In this document: positions 17,597 through 27,107 of the stretch, piece after piece
Layout of the letters: every line of letters starts with the position of its first letter
Numbering within the stretch: the stretch's first letter is position 1
Source of the DNA: Armatimonadota bacterium
GTDB taxonomy: Bacteria > Sysuimicrobiota > Sysuimicrobiia > Sysuimicrobiales > Humicultoraceae
Reading direction: 5' to 3'
DNA length: 36,519 nucleotides
Assembly (NCBI GenBank): GCA_037446215.1
Contig: JBBIJB010000017.1
Span: 1-36,519 of the forward strand
Made by a program: the position numbers and the translations under genes
The notes under the pieces: generated by a model
The model's input: only the letters and a program-made list of their open reading frames with translations
Database searches by the model: none
What the model was told of the DNA's origin: nothing

Positions 17597-18793
17597 CTAG
17601 CTCTTCCTCCGGCCCGCGGCCCCGAGGGCCTCCTCGAAGTCGGCTATGAGGTCGTCGGCGTCCTCTAGCCCTACCGAGACCCGGATCAGGCCGTCGGTTA
17701 TGCCCGCGCGCTCCCGCTCCGCCCTCGGTATGCTCACGCTCGTGGTCGAGGCGGGATGGGTGACCAGCGTCTCCGCGCCGCCCAGGCTGACCGCGAGGGT
17801 CGCGGTGCCGAGGGCCTCGACGCAGTTGACCCCTGCCTCGAACCCCCCCCTCACCTCGAAGGAGAGCATTCCCCCGAACCCGCGCATCTGCCTACGCGCG
17901 ATCTCGTGCCCGGGGTGCGACGGCAGCCCCGGGTAGAAGACCCGCTCCACCATCGGGTGCCCTGATAGGAACTCCGCCAGCCGTGCCGCGTTCTGGTTGT
18001 GGCGCTCCACCCTTATCCCGAGCGTCTTAAGCCCGCGCAGCAGCAGCCACGACGCGAAGGGGTCGGGCACCGGGCCGAGCACCCGCAGCGTCGGCACCGC
18101 CCGCCTGATCGCCTCGGCGCGGCCGACGATCACGCCGGCCGTGACGTCGGTGTGCCCTCCCAGGTACTTCGTGGCGCTGTGGGCCACAAGGTCCACGCCG
18201 AGCTCCAGCGGCCTCTGGTTGTAGGGGGAGGCGAATGTGTTGTCGGCGATGGTCAGGGCGCCCGCGCCGCGCGCCAGCGCGGCCACCGCCGCGATGTCGG
18301 TCATCTGCATCAGCGGGTTGTTGGGGGTCTCGATGTAGAGCAGCGAGGTCTCGGGGCGCAGCGCCCTCTCGTAGGCGGAGACGTCCACCCCGTCAACCAG
18401 GGTGACCTCCACGCCCTGCCTCGGCAGGACCTCGGTGAAGAGCGTGTAGGTGGCCTGGTAGATCGCCCTGGGGGAGACCACGTGGCCCCCGGGCGCCACC
18501 GAGCTGAGCACCGCGGTGGAGATCGCGCCCATGCCCGAGGCGGCGGCCAGGGCGTCCTCGCCGCCCTCCAGCAGCGCGATCCGCTGCTCGAACAGCCGGG
18601 TGGTCGGGTTCCCGTACCTGGTGTAGTACCAGCCCTCACCCTCGCCCGCGCCCAGCCTGGCGCCTTCCTCCATGGTGTCGAAGCGAAAGGTGGAGGTCTG
18701 GTAGATCGGCGGGCTGACCGACTTGAGGGGATCGTGCACCGTCCCGCCCCGGATGGCCAGCGTCTGGAAACCCGGCTTCCTGTCGCTACTCAT
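17597..18793 (-). CDS. Trans-sulfuration PLP enzyme (cystathionine gamma-synthase/lyase or methionine gamma-lyase family)
   Basis: Motifs PPIYQTSTF, YTRYGNPT, SGMGAI, ETPNNP, DNTFASP, HSATKYLGGH, VSLG and LIRVSVGLED. Confidence 0.9.
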   Translation of the reverse strand: MSSDRKPGFQTLAIRGGTVHDPLKSVSPPIYQTSTFRFDTMEEGARLGAGEGEGWYYTRYGNPTTRLFEQRIALLEGGEDALAAASGMGAISTAVLSSVAPGGHVVSPRAIYQATYTLFTEVLPRQGVEVTLVDGVDVSAYERALRPETSLLYIETPNNPLMQMTDIAAVAALARGAGALTIADNTFASPYNQRPLELGVDLVAHSATKYLGGHTDVTAGVIVGRAEAIRRAVPTLRVLGPVPDPFASWLLLRGLKTLGIRVERHNQNAARLAEFLSGHPMVERVFYPGLPSHPGHEIARRQMRGFGGMLSFEVRGGFEAGVNCVEALGTATLAVSLGGAETLVTHPASTTSVSIPRAERERAGITDGLIRVSVGLEDADDLIADFEEALGAAGRRKS

Positions 18794-19733
18794 CTGCGCC
18801 CTCCCTGAGACCCGCTGCGGCGGGGGGGCGCTCAGGCGCTCCCACCCCCTGGTTGACCTCCGAGATCACTATCCCTGCCAGTATCAGCGCCGCGCCGAGG
18901 GCCTGCCAGCCGCTCAGCACCTCGCCGAGTATCACGAACGCCGCGCCCGCGGCCGCGACCGGCTCGAGCGTGAACATCAGGCCGGTGTGCGACGGGCTGG
19001 TGAACTTCTGGGCCCACGTCTGGGTCACGAAGGCGAACACGGTCCCTGTGAGCGCGAGGAAGGCGATGATCCAGAGGATCCCCGGCCCCACCGAGGCCGG
19101 GGCGGGCAGTGGCCGCTCGAAGAGGGCGGCGGCGACGGCGGAGAGCGCCATCACCGTCACTATCTGCGATGCGGCGAACCCCACCTGGTCCAGGTCCTGC
19201 GCGTAGCGTCCCACGAGCACGATGTGCAGCGCCACGGCCACCGCGCAGCCGAGCACCAGCAGGTCGCCCCGGCTCATCGCCGCGCTGCCCTGGAGGGTGA
19301 GCAGGGCAAGCCCGACCGTGGCGGCGGCGATCCCGGCGATCACGCCGGGCCTGGGCGCCCGCCGCAGCCAGAGCGCCGAGATGACCGGCACCATCGCCAC
19401 CGATAGCCCGGTGATGAAGCCGGCGTTGGAGGCGGTGGTCATCCGCAGCCCCACGGTCTGGAGCGCGTAGGCGGCGAACAGCACCGCTCCCACAGACACC
19501 CCCACCAGCCAGTGGCCCGCCCGAAACCCGCGCACCCTCCCGAACCCCCCCGCGGCCAGCAGCGTCGACGCGATCGCGAACCGAACCGCCAGGTAGGCGA
19601 ACGGCGGCAGCGAGGCGAGCACCAGCTTGCCGAGCGGGAAGGTCAACCCCCAGAACGCGGCGACCGCGAGCAGCGCGAGATCGGCGAGGAGGCGGCGCGA
19701 GAGGGCAGGGCGCAGAACAGCTGGGCGGGCCAT
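18786..19733 (-). CDS. DMT/EamA-family transporter (315 aa)
   Basis: From ATG 19733: about 10 hydrophobic segments with FWGLTF, RF, LQTVGL...TASNAGFITGL, GDLLVL, QTWAQ and LEPV...ILGE. The longer track ORF is an upstream extension. Confidence 0.9.
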   Translation of the reverse strand: MARPAVLRPALSRRLLADLALLAVAAFWGLTFPLGKLVLASLPPFAYLAVRFAIASTLLAAGGFGRVRGFRAGHWLVGVSVGAVLFAAYALQTVGLRMTTASNAGFITGLSVAMVPVISALWLRRAPRPGVIAGIAAATVGLALLTLQGSAAMSRGDLLVLGCAVAVALHIVLVGRYAQDLDQVGFAASQIVTVMALSAVAAALFERPLPAPASVGPGILWIIAFLALTGTVFAFVTQTWAQKFTSPSHTGLMFTLEPVAAAGAAFVILGEVLSGWQALGAALILAGIVISEVNQGVGAPERPPAAAGLREGADE

Positions 19734-19826
19734 GACCCATCCATGATAGGAAGCGCGCGGCGGGGGCGCAATGCCGCCGCTCCCCAGGCGGCAGGCATAC
19801 GGCCGGCGGCAGTGAAACCCCTCCAT

Positions 19827-20990
19827 GTGACGCCGATCTCCCCGTCGACGACGACCCTCGTCATACTGGCCGCCGCGGCCTTCGCCTTCGCCTGGGGACG
19901 GATGCGCCCGGAGATAGTCGCAATGGCGGTGGTGCTCGCGCTCGGGCTGAGCGGCGTGGTCGAGCCCGCCGGCGTCTTCGCGGGCTTCGGCGACCCCACG
20001 GTGGTGACGATAGCGTGCCTGCTGATCCTCAGCGCGGGACTGGAGCGTACAGGGGCGGCGGCGCTGGCGGGAAGCACTCTGCTGCGCGCGGTCGGGTCGC
20101 GGGAGGGCGTCCTGACCGTGGCGCTGATGCTGCTGGCCGGGCTGCTCGCAGCGGTGATGAACATCGTGGGGGCGACGGCGGTGCTGCTCCCGGTGGCGAT
20201 CGCCCTGTGCAGGGAGGCGGGGATAGGGCCGTCCCGGCTGCTCATGCCTATGGTCATCGGGAGCCGCCAGGGCGGCGCGCTTACCCTCATCGGCAAGCCC
20301 TCGAACCTGATCGTGAGCGGGCTGCTCGCCAGGGCCGGCTACGCGCCGCTCTCGTTCTTCGCGTTCCTGCCGGTCGGCGCGGCGCTGCTGGCCGCCGGCA
20401 CCGCGTTCACCGCGACAGCGGGGCGCCGCCTGCTGCCCCGGCACCGGGCGGGGCTCGCGACGCCTTCGGGCACGCCCCGGCGCAGCCTGCTTGAGACCTA
20501 CCGCCTGCCCAAGCGCGTCTTCCGCGTGGGTGCCGGCGGGTCATCGCTGCTCGCGGGCCGCTCCATAGCCGAGGCGGAGAGGCTCGGCGCGGACGCCGGA
20601 GTCGAGGTGATGCCCGAGCCGACCGAGGGGAGCGAGGCCCTGGAGCGGGGCGACGTCGCCCTGGCAGAGGTCGTGATCGCGCCGCGCTCGGACCTCGCCG
20701 GCAAGAGCCTCAAGGAGATCGAGTTCAGGCAGCGCTACGGGCTGAACGTGGTGGCGATCTGGCGGGAGGGAAGGCCGCACAGGGCGTGGCTGGCCGAGAT
20801 GCCGCTGCAGCACGGCGACGCCCTCCTGCTCCAGGGTTCCCGCGACGGCATCGCCCACCACCCGGCGAGCATGATGGTGATGGGCCCAAGCGGCTACCGC
20901 TACCGGGACTACGCGCGCCTGGGCACGCCCCTCACCCTGCTGCTCTGCGCGGTCCTCCTGGCGACCGTCCTCCTCTTCTGGAGCTTCTAG
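19827..20990 (+). pseudogene. SLC13/CitMHS-family permease with TrkA-C (RCK_C) domains, apparently internally deleted
   Basis: The N-terminal membrane half is present (GFGDPTVV, GLERTG, MNIVGAT, PSRLLMP, LTLIGKPSNLIV), then one broken and one intact TrkA-C domain (EVVIAPRSDLAGKSLKEIEFRQRYGLNVVAIWR). The frame then jumps directly to the terminal HPASMMVMGPSGYRYRDY helix. About 387 aa, much shorter than usual for this architecture. Confidence 0.65.
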
Positions 20991-21081
20991 CCGCGAGCAG
21001 GGCAGCGGCCGCGACAGGGAGAACCTCACGATCCTGCGGGGGGGTGGAGCACGGAGGGATCCGGAGGAAGGGAGGCGGCAG

Positions 21082-21951
21082 ATGAACGCCGACCGGTACG
21101 CCGAGGTCAAGGGCGCGCGAATCCGCTACCAGGTCGAGGGCAGCGGCCCGCCCGCCCTGCTCATACACGGGATTGGTGCCTCGCTCGACTACTGGCAGTG
21201 GACGGTCCCGGCGCTGCGAGGCAGCTACACCACCTATGCGCTGGACTTCCCGGGGTTCGGGCTGTCCGACCCGCTGGAGTCGGCCGACACCCCCCTGGGG
21301 GCGGCACAGACCACGCTGGGCTTCATGGACTCGGTCGGCATAGAGGCCGCGGTTATCGTGGGCTCGTCGCTCGGCGGCGGGATCGCGGTGGCGACCGCCG
21401 GCACCGCGCCCCGGCGGTGCGCCGCGCTAGTGCTGGCCGCGCCCGCGGGGTTCGGCACAGGCCTGGGCCTGTCGATGCGCCTGACCGCGCTTCCGCTGGT
21501 GGGCGAGGCGCTGCTCGCGCTGACGGCCCGGTTCCCGATCCTGGGGCTCCGCGACGCCTTTGCCGACCAAAGGAGGATCCCTGACGCGCTGTTCGACCTG
21601 GTCAGGCGCGACTCGGCGCGACCCGTGACCGCAAAGACCTTCCTGCGGGTGCTGCGGGCCTCGGCCTCGCCGCGGGGCATCAGCGCGGAGACGGTCTCGC
21701 GCATCCACGCCGCCGCCGCCCTGATAGAGGCCCCGACCCTGCTCGTCTGGGGCGACCGCGACCGCGTGATCCCGCCCGGCCAGGCGAAGACCGCGCTCGG
21801 GTTGATACGTGACTCCCGCGTCGAGGTGCTCGCGGGCATCGGGCACGTTCCGTTCATCGAGTCCCCATCCGAGTTCAACTCCATCATGACGTCGTTTCTG
21901 CGGGAGGCCGCAGGACTGGGCGGTGCCGAAACTGAACAGACGGGCATCTGA
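21082..21951 (+). CDS. Alpha/beta fold hydrolase
   Basis: IHGIG oxyanion loop, DFPGFGLS, GSSLGG nucleophile, WGDRD and GHVP. GGAGG SD upstream. Confidence 0.9.
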   Translation: MNADRYAEVKGARIRYQVEGSGPPALLIHGIGASLDYWQWTVPALRGSYTTYALDFPGFGLSDPLESADTPLGAAQTTLGFMDSVGIEAAVIVGSSLGGGIAVATAGTAPRRCAALVLAAPAGFGTGLGLSMRLTALPLVGEALLALTARFPILGLRDAFADQRRIPDALFDLVRRDSARPVTAKTFLRVLRASASPRGISAETVSRIHAAAALIEAPTLLVWGDRDRVIPPGQAKTALGLIRDSRVEVLAGIGHVPFIESPSEFNSIMTSFLREAAGLGGAETEQTGI

Positions 21952-21972
21952 CCAGGGAAGCGAGGGCATGGA

Positions 21973-22215
21973 GTGAGCCAGATCAGTTGCGCCCACCATC
22001 CAGACCGCACCGCGCTCGCCTACTGCGCGGGCTGCGGCAAGGCGCTCTGCGGGAGCTGCGTCGTCCGGCTGAGCGCAGGGAACTACTGCCAGGCGTGCGC
22101 CGAGACGCCGGACCTCAGACCCATTCCCCAGAAGGCGGGGCGAAGCCGCCGCTGGCTGTGGGTCGTGGCGGCCCTGGCCGCGATCGCAATCCTGCTCGCG
22201 ATGAGGATCTTCTAA
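21973..22215 (+). CDS. Small B-box-type zinc-finger protein with a C-terminal membrane anchor
   Basis: CAHHP-x6-CAGCGKALCGSC-x8-YCQAC followed by a basic patch and a hydrophobic tail (WLWVVAALAAIAILLAM). GGAG SD before the GTG. Confidence 0.7.
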   Translation: MSQISCAHHPDRTALAYCAGCGKALCGSCVVRLSAGNYCQACAETPDLRPIPQKAGRSRRWLWVVAALAAIAILLAMRIF

Positions 22216-22262
22216 GGCGGTGTGCGACCGGCCCGTGTGGGCCGACGAAAGGGGGCAGGAAG

Positions 22263-23843
22263 ATGTACAGGTGGTTCCCGGTCCTCGTCCTCGCAGCGTC
22301 CGTGGCAATGCTCTCGGCCGGCACGCTGGACACCTCGGCCGCGCCCGCGCGCGGAGGCACGCTCACGCTCGTGACCGGATCAGACCCGCCCTCGCTCGAC
22401 CCGCACAGGACGCCCTCGGTCACCGTGGCGCACTACGTGATGTACGAGACCCTGGTCACGGTGGACCGCAACACCGGCGAGTTCATCCCGGGGCTCGCCG
22501 AGTCGTGGGAGGTGTCGCGCGACGGGCTGGCGATCACCTTCAAGCTCAGGCGGGGGGTCAAGTTCCACGACGGCACGCCGTTCAACGCCGCGGCAGTGCG
22601 GGCCACCTTCGATCGCCTGACAAGCAGGGAGATGAACGCTCCCGGGGCCTCATGGGTGGGCACGCTGACCCGCACCGAGGTCGTGGACGACTTCACGGTC
22701 CGCCTGGTCTTCTCCAAGCCCTACGCGCCTATCTTCTCGTCGCTACGGATCTCGTTCCTGGCCATCCTCTCGCCCGCCGCGATAGCCAAGATGGGCGCCG
22801 ACTACGGCCAGAACCCGGTGGGCACCGGCCCGTTCAGGTTCAAGCAGTGGATACCCAACGACAGGATCGTCTACGAGCGCAACCCCGACTACGCCTGGGG
22901 CCCTTCCCACTACAAGAACCGGGGCGCTGCCAACTTCGACCAGCTCGTGATACGGATCATCCCGGACGAGTCCACCCGGGTCATAGCCTTCGAGCGGGGC
23001 GACATCGACCTGCTGCCCGCCGCGCCCGCCAGGGACGCGCGACGGCTGATGCGCGAGGGGAAGTTCCCCTTCGTCCAGATACCCACCACCAGCGGCACCT
23101 ACCTCGGGCTCAACGTGAAGAAGGCGCCGCTCAACGACGTCCGCGTCCGCAGGGCGATAGGCCACGCCGTGAACAACGAGGAGGTGGCGCGCATAGCCCT
23201 CGAGGGGCTGGCGGTGCCGATGCACAGCCCGATCGCGCCGACGATCTGGGGCTACTGGGACGGGGTTAGGCAGTTCGCCATCAACCACGACCCGGAGAAG
23301 GCACGGGCGCTGCTGGCGGAGGCCGGCTACCGGCCCGGGGCCGGCGGCGTGATGACGAAGGACGGGAAGCCGCTCGAGTTCACCGTGTGGACCTATGCCC
23401 GCATGACGAACGTCCGGATCGGGGTGGTGCTGCAGTCCCAGCTCCGCGCCGCCGGCATCAGGATGAACATCGAGCAGATGGAGCCCGCCACGCTGCTCTC
23501 CTCCACGCAGAGGGGCGAGCACGACGCGCTGGTGATCTCCTACGGGTGGCCCGACGCCGACATCCTCTTCTACTTCTTCCACAGCAGCCGGCTGCCCACG
23601 ACCAACAGGGTGCACTACTCCAACGCGCGCGTGGACAAGCTGCTGGAGGACGGCCAGACCACGGTGGAGCCGGCCAAGCGGCTCGAGGTCTACAAGGAGC
23701 TGCAGCGGATCCTGCTGGCGGAGGTGCCGTGGGTTCCGCTGGCCAGTGAGCTGTCGGTCAACTTCAACCAGCCCTACGTGGGCGACCTCTACTACGACAA
23801 GTTCGGGAACATCCTATTGCTGGACGCCTTCAGGACGCGCTAG
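22263..23843 (+). CDS. Family 5 (Dpp/Opp/Nik) ABC transporter substrate-binding protein
   Basis: ATG 22263, a signal peptide, SLDP, PGLAESWEVS, FKLRRGVKFHDGTPFNA, PVGTGPF and DVRVRRAI. Confidence 0.92.
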   Translation: MYRWFPVLVLAASVAMLSAGTLDTSAAPARGGTLTLVTGSDPPSLDPHRTPSVTVAHYVMYETLVTVDRNTGEFIPGLAESWEVSRDGLAITFKLRRGVKFHDGTPFNAAAVRATFDRLTSREMNAPGASWVGTLTRTEVVDDFTVRLVFSKPYAPIFSSLRISFLAILSPAAIAKMGADYGQNPVGTGPFRFKQWIPNDRIVYERNPDYAWGPSHYKNRGAANFDQLVIRIIPDESTRVIAFERGDIDLLPAAPARDARRLMREGKFPFVQIPTTSGTYLGLNVKKAPLNDVRVRRAIGHAVNNEEVARIALEGLAVPMHSPIAPTIWGYWDGVRQFAINHDPEKARALLAEAGYRPGAGGVMTKDGKPLEFTVWTYARMTNVRIGVVLQSQLRAAGIRMNIEQMEPATLLSSTQRGEHDALVISYGWPDADILFYFFHSSRLPTTNRVHYSNARVDKLLEDGQTTVEPAKRLEVYKELQRILLAEVPWVPLASELSVNFNQPYVGDLYYDKFGNILLLDAFRTR

Positions 23844-23864
23844 GGCGAGGCCGGCAGGGCGGGG

Positions 23865-24785
23865 ATGCTGCGCTACCTGGCGCGGAGGCTGCTGCACACG
23901 ATCCCGGTGCTGCTCGGCATCTCCTTCCTCGTCTTCCTGCTGGTCCACCTGGTCCCGGGGGATCCGGTGCGCGTGATGCTGCAGGACACCGGATCCCCCG
24001 AGCAGATCGAGCGGATGCGCAGCCAACTCGGGCTCGATAGGCCGCTCCACGTCCAGTACGCCTCGTTCGTAGTGCGGGCCGCCCAGGGGGATTTCGGCCG
24101 CTCGATCCACACCCGCAGGCCGGTCGCGCAGGAGATCGGCTACCGCATGCCCCACACGGTCCGGTTGGCGCTCGCGGCGACGGCCGTGGCGGTGACGATG
24201 GGCGTGGTGCTGGGCGCGATCGCCGCGATGCACCACCAGTCGGCGCTGGACTACGGCACCATGGTCGTCGCGCTGGCAGGCGTCTCGCTTCCGAACTTCT
24301 GGTTCGGATTGGTGCTGATCCTGGTCTTCTCGCTCTACCTGCGCTGGCTGCCGCCGGCCGGCGCCGACACCCTGGCGCACCTGATCCTTCCGGCGGTCAC
24401 CCTGGGGACGAGCGCCGCCGCGATCATCGCGCGGCTGACCCGCTCCTCGATGCTCGAGGTGCTGCGCCAGGACTACATCCGCACCGCGCGCGCCAAGGGC
24501 GTGCCCGAGCGGCGGATGGTCTACCGCCACGCGCTGCGCAACGCCATGATCCCGGTCCTCTCGATGGTGGGGCTGCAGTTCGCCGGCCTGCTCGGGGGCG
24601 CCGTGATCGTCGAGACGGTCTTCGGCTGGCCGGGGATCGGGCGGCTGGCGGTCGATGCGATCTTCACCCGCGACATACCGGTGATCCAGGCGGTGGTGCT
24701 GGTTGCGGCGGTGATCTTCGTCTTCGTCAATCTGCTGGTCGACGTGCTCTATGGGCTCGTTGACCCGCGGATCAGGTACGGGTGA
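23865..24785 (+). CDS. Peptide/nickel ABC transporter permease (DppB type)
   Basis: Motifs PGDP, LGLDRPL, GDFGRS, RSSMLEVLRQDYIRTARAKG, ETVFGWPGIG and DPRIRY. Confidence 0.93.
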   Translation: MLRYLARRLLHTIPVLLGISFLVFLLVHLVPGDPVRVMLQDTGSPEQIERMRSQLGLDRPLHVQYASFVVRAAQGDFGRSIHTRRPVAQEIGYRMPHTVRLALAATAVAVTMGVVLGAIAAMHHQSALDYGTMVVALAGVSLPNFWFGLVLILVFSLYLRWLPPAGADTLAHLILPAVTLGTSAAAIIARLTRSSMLEVLRQDYIRTARAKGVPERRMVYRHALRNAMIPVLSMVGLQFAGLLGGAVIVETVFGWPGIGRLAVDAIFTRDIPVIQAVVLVAAVIFVFVNLLVDVLYGLVDPRIRYG

Positions 24786-25651
24786 TGGCCGGGCGCCGGG
24801 GCGCCGAAGCCGGGGTCTCGCACTGGACGATCGGGGCGGGGCGGCTGCGCCGCAACCACGGCGCGATGGCCGGGGCGGCGGTCGTCCTTGTGTTCATAGC
24901 CGCGGCGGCGGCCGCGCCCTGGCTGACCGACACCGACCCGATCCAGGTGCAGTTCGACCGCCGCTTCGAGCCGCCGTCGCTCCGTCATCCGCTCGGCACC
25001 GACTCGTTCGGCCGCGACCTCCTCAGCCGCGTCCTCTACGGGGGCCGGCTCTCGCTCTCCGTGGGGCTGATCGCTATCGCGATCTCGGACGCGATCGGCA
25101 TCCCGCTGGGGCTTCTCTCGGGGTACCGCGGCGGCCGGTTCGACGACGTGATGATGCGGATCGTGGACCTGTGGCTGGCGTTCCCCGGGCTGCTGGTGGC
25201 GATCGCGATCGTCGCGGTGCTCGGGCCCGGCCTGCAGAACGTGATGATAGCGATAGGGATCGGCGGCATACCGGGACTGGTGCGCCTGGTGCGCGGCAAC
25301 GTGCTCTCGATCCGCGAGCAGGAGTTTGTGGACGCGGCGAGGGTCATCGGGTGCAGCGACACCCGCATCCTCCGCTCGCACATCCTACCCAACGTGCTCG
25401 CGCCGATCGTGGTGCTGACGACGCTGCGCCTAGCGGGCGCGATCCTCTCGGGCGTGGGGCTCAGCTTCCTGGGGCTGGGCGCGCAGCCGCCGACGCCGGA
25501 GTGGGGAGCGATCGTAGCGGAGGGGCGCGCCTACCTGCGCGAGGCGTGGTGGGTCTCCACCCTGCCCGGCGTGGCGATCTTCGTGACGGTGATAGGGTTC
25601 AACCTGCTCGGCGACGGCCTGCGGGACGCGTTCGACCCGAGGCTGAGGTAG
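24782..25651 (+). CDS. Peptide/nickel ABC transporter permease (DppC type)
   Basis: Motifs HPLGTDSFGRDL, EFVDAARVIG, HILPN, LSFLGLGAQPPTPEWG and GDGLRDAFDPR. Confidence 0.93.
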   Translation: MMAGRRGAEAGVSHWTIGAGRLRRNHGAMAGAAVVLVFIAAAAAAPWLTDTDPIQVQFDRRFEPPSLRHPLGTDSFGRDLLSRVLYGGRLSLSVGLIAIAISDAIGIPLGLLSGYRGGRFDDVMMRIVDLWLAFPGLLVAIAIVAVLGPGLQNVMIAIGIGGIPGLVRLVRGNVLSIREQEFVDAARVIGCSDTRILRSHILPNVLAPIVVLTTLRLAGAILSGVGLSFLGLGAQPPTPEWGAIVAEGRAYLREAWWVSTLPGVAIFVTVIGFNLLGDGLRDAFDPRLR

Positions 25652-25671
25652 AAGGCCCTGGGCGGCCCCAT

Positions 25672-26754
25672 CTAGCCCTTGGCCGCCAGCGACTCCCCGA
25701 AGGAGAGGAACATCCGCTCCAGTGCCATCTGCGGGCTGACGTTGCGGCGCAGCGACTCCTTGGCCGACTCCACCGACTCGATCCGGGCCCCCAGCATCGC
25801 CTCGCCGTAGCCCTCGGCCAGCGAGGCGATCTGCTCCTGCCGGTCGCGGTTGGTGAGCAAACCGGGCTGTCGGAGCTGCTTCCAGACCAGCAGGTCGCGG
25901 TACCAGAGCACCGCGATGTCCAGCAGCTCGGCGAGCAGCTCGCTCTCCCTGCGCTGCGCCTCGCCCGAGGACTCCTTCTGCAGCTCCCTGGCCGCGGCCC
26001 GCAGCGACTCGGCGGCATCCAGGCGCCCCAGCACGTCCGCCCTCTCGATCGAGGGAAGGAGGTCCAGCAGCGTCTCTCGCGCCGCCGTACGCTCCTCCGA
26101 CCCGGCCCACCGCAGCGCCCGCCCCAGGCTGCCGTCGGCGAGGGCCGCCAGCACCCGCGCCCGCTCCTCGGGGATCTTCCACCGCTCGACCAGCGCCCGC
26201 TCGATCTCATCGGCCCGCAGGTAGGTGCAGCGGACCAGCTGGCATCGGGATACGATGGTCGGAAGCAGCGCGACGCTCGACTCCGATACCAGCACGAACG
26301 TCACCCTGTTCGGGGGCTCCTCTAGGATCTTGAGCAGGCTGTTGGCCGAGCTGGCGTTCATCCTCTCCGCGTCCGCGATGATGTAGACCTTCCTGCGGGC
26401 CTCGTAGGGCGGGAACGCGGCGTCCTGGCGGATCGCCCGTATCTGCTCGACCGGGATCTCCTTGCCCTTGTACTCCTTGGCCGGGATCTCGATGAGCCGG
26501 CCGCGCGCGATGTCGAGGAGGCGGACGTCGGGATGGTTGCCGGCCGCGATCCTCCTGCAGGCGGAACACCCGCCGCAGGCGTCCAGGTCGGGGTGCTCGC
26601 AGTTCAGCGCCTGCGCGAAAGCCAGGGCCAGCATCCGCCGCCCGACGCCGGAGGGGCCGACGATCAGGTAGGCGTGGCCGACCCTGCCGGTGCGGAGCGC
26701 CGACCTGAACAGGAAGACCGCGTGGTCCTGGCCTACTACTTCTCGGAACGCCAT
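25672..26754 (-). CDS. holB: DNA polymerase III subunit delta'
   Basis: HAYLIVGPSGVG, C-x6-CGGCSAC zinc module, NHPDV, ANSLLKILEEPP and LLPTIVSRC. Located downstream of tmk. Confidence 0.93.
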   Translation of the reverse strand: MAFREVVGQDHAVFLFRSALRTGRVGHAYLIVGPSGVGRRMLALAFAQALNCEHPDLDACGGCSACRRIAAGNHPDVRLLDIARGRLIEIPAKEYKGKEIPVEQIRAIRQDAAFPPYEARRKVYIIADAERMNASSANSLLKILEEPPNRVTFVLVSESSVALLPTIVSRCQLVRCTYLRADEIERALVERWKIPEERARVLAALADGSLGRALRWAGSEERTAARETLLDLLPSIERADVLGRLDAAESLRAAARELQKESSGEAQRRESELLAELLDIAVLWYRDLLVWKQLRQPGLLTNRDRQEQIASLAEGYGEAMLGARIESVESAKESLRRNVSPQMALERMFLSFGESLAAKG

Positions 26755-26777
26755 GGCGGCCGGATTCCCTCGCCCTG

Positions 26778-27107
26778 CTAGACGCGCTCTATGCGCTCCA
26801 CGTTCAGCACGAAGACTATCGCCCCGCCCACCTCGACCTTCATCGGGTAGGTAACGTAGGAGTCCACCGGCTCCACGACCGGGGGTATCGGCGTCATCAG
26901 CTGCTCGCGCCTCTGGCAGGTGCGCTCGACGACGGCCACCACGGCGTCCACCCGCGAGTCCTCCACGCCGGTCAGGATCGTGGAGTTGCCCTCTCGCAGG
27001 AACCCGCCGGTGCTGGCGAGCACCGTGGCCTGCACCTCGGCCTCGGTCAGGGCGTCGATCAACCGCCCGGCGTCCTTCTCCTGGACGATCGCCAGCACGA
27101 GCTTCAT
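26778..27107 (-). CDS. darA: Cyclic-di-AMP receptor DarA/PstA (YaaQ, PII-like)
   Basis: 109 aa, MKLVLAIVQEKD...LASTGGFLREGNSTILTGVED...VEVGGAIVFVLNVE. ATGA overlap with the tmk stop. Confidence 0.92.
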   Translation of the reverse strand: MKLVLAIVQEKDAGRLIDALTEAEVQATVLASTGGFLREGNSTILTGVEDSRVDAVVAVVERTCQRREQLMTPIPPVVEPVDSYVTYPMKVEVGGAIVFVLNVERIERV

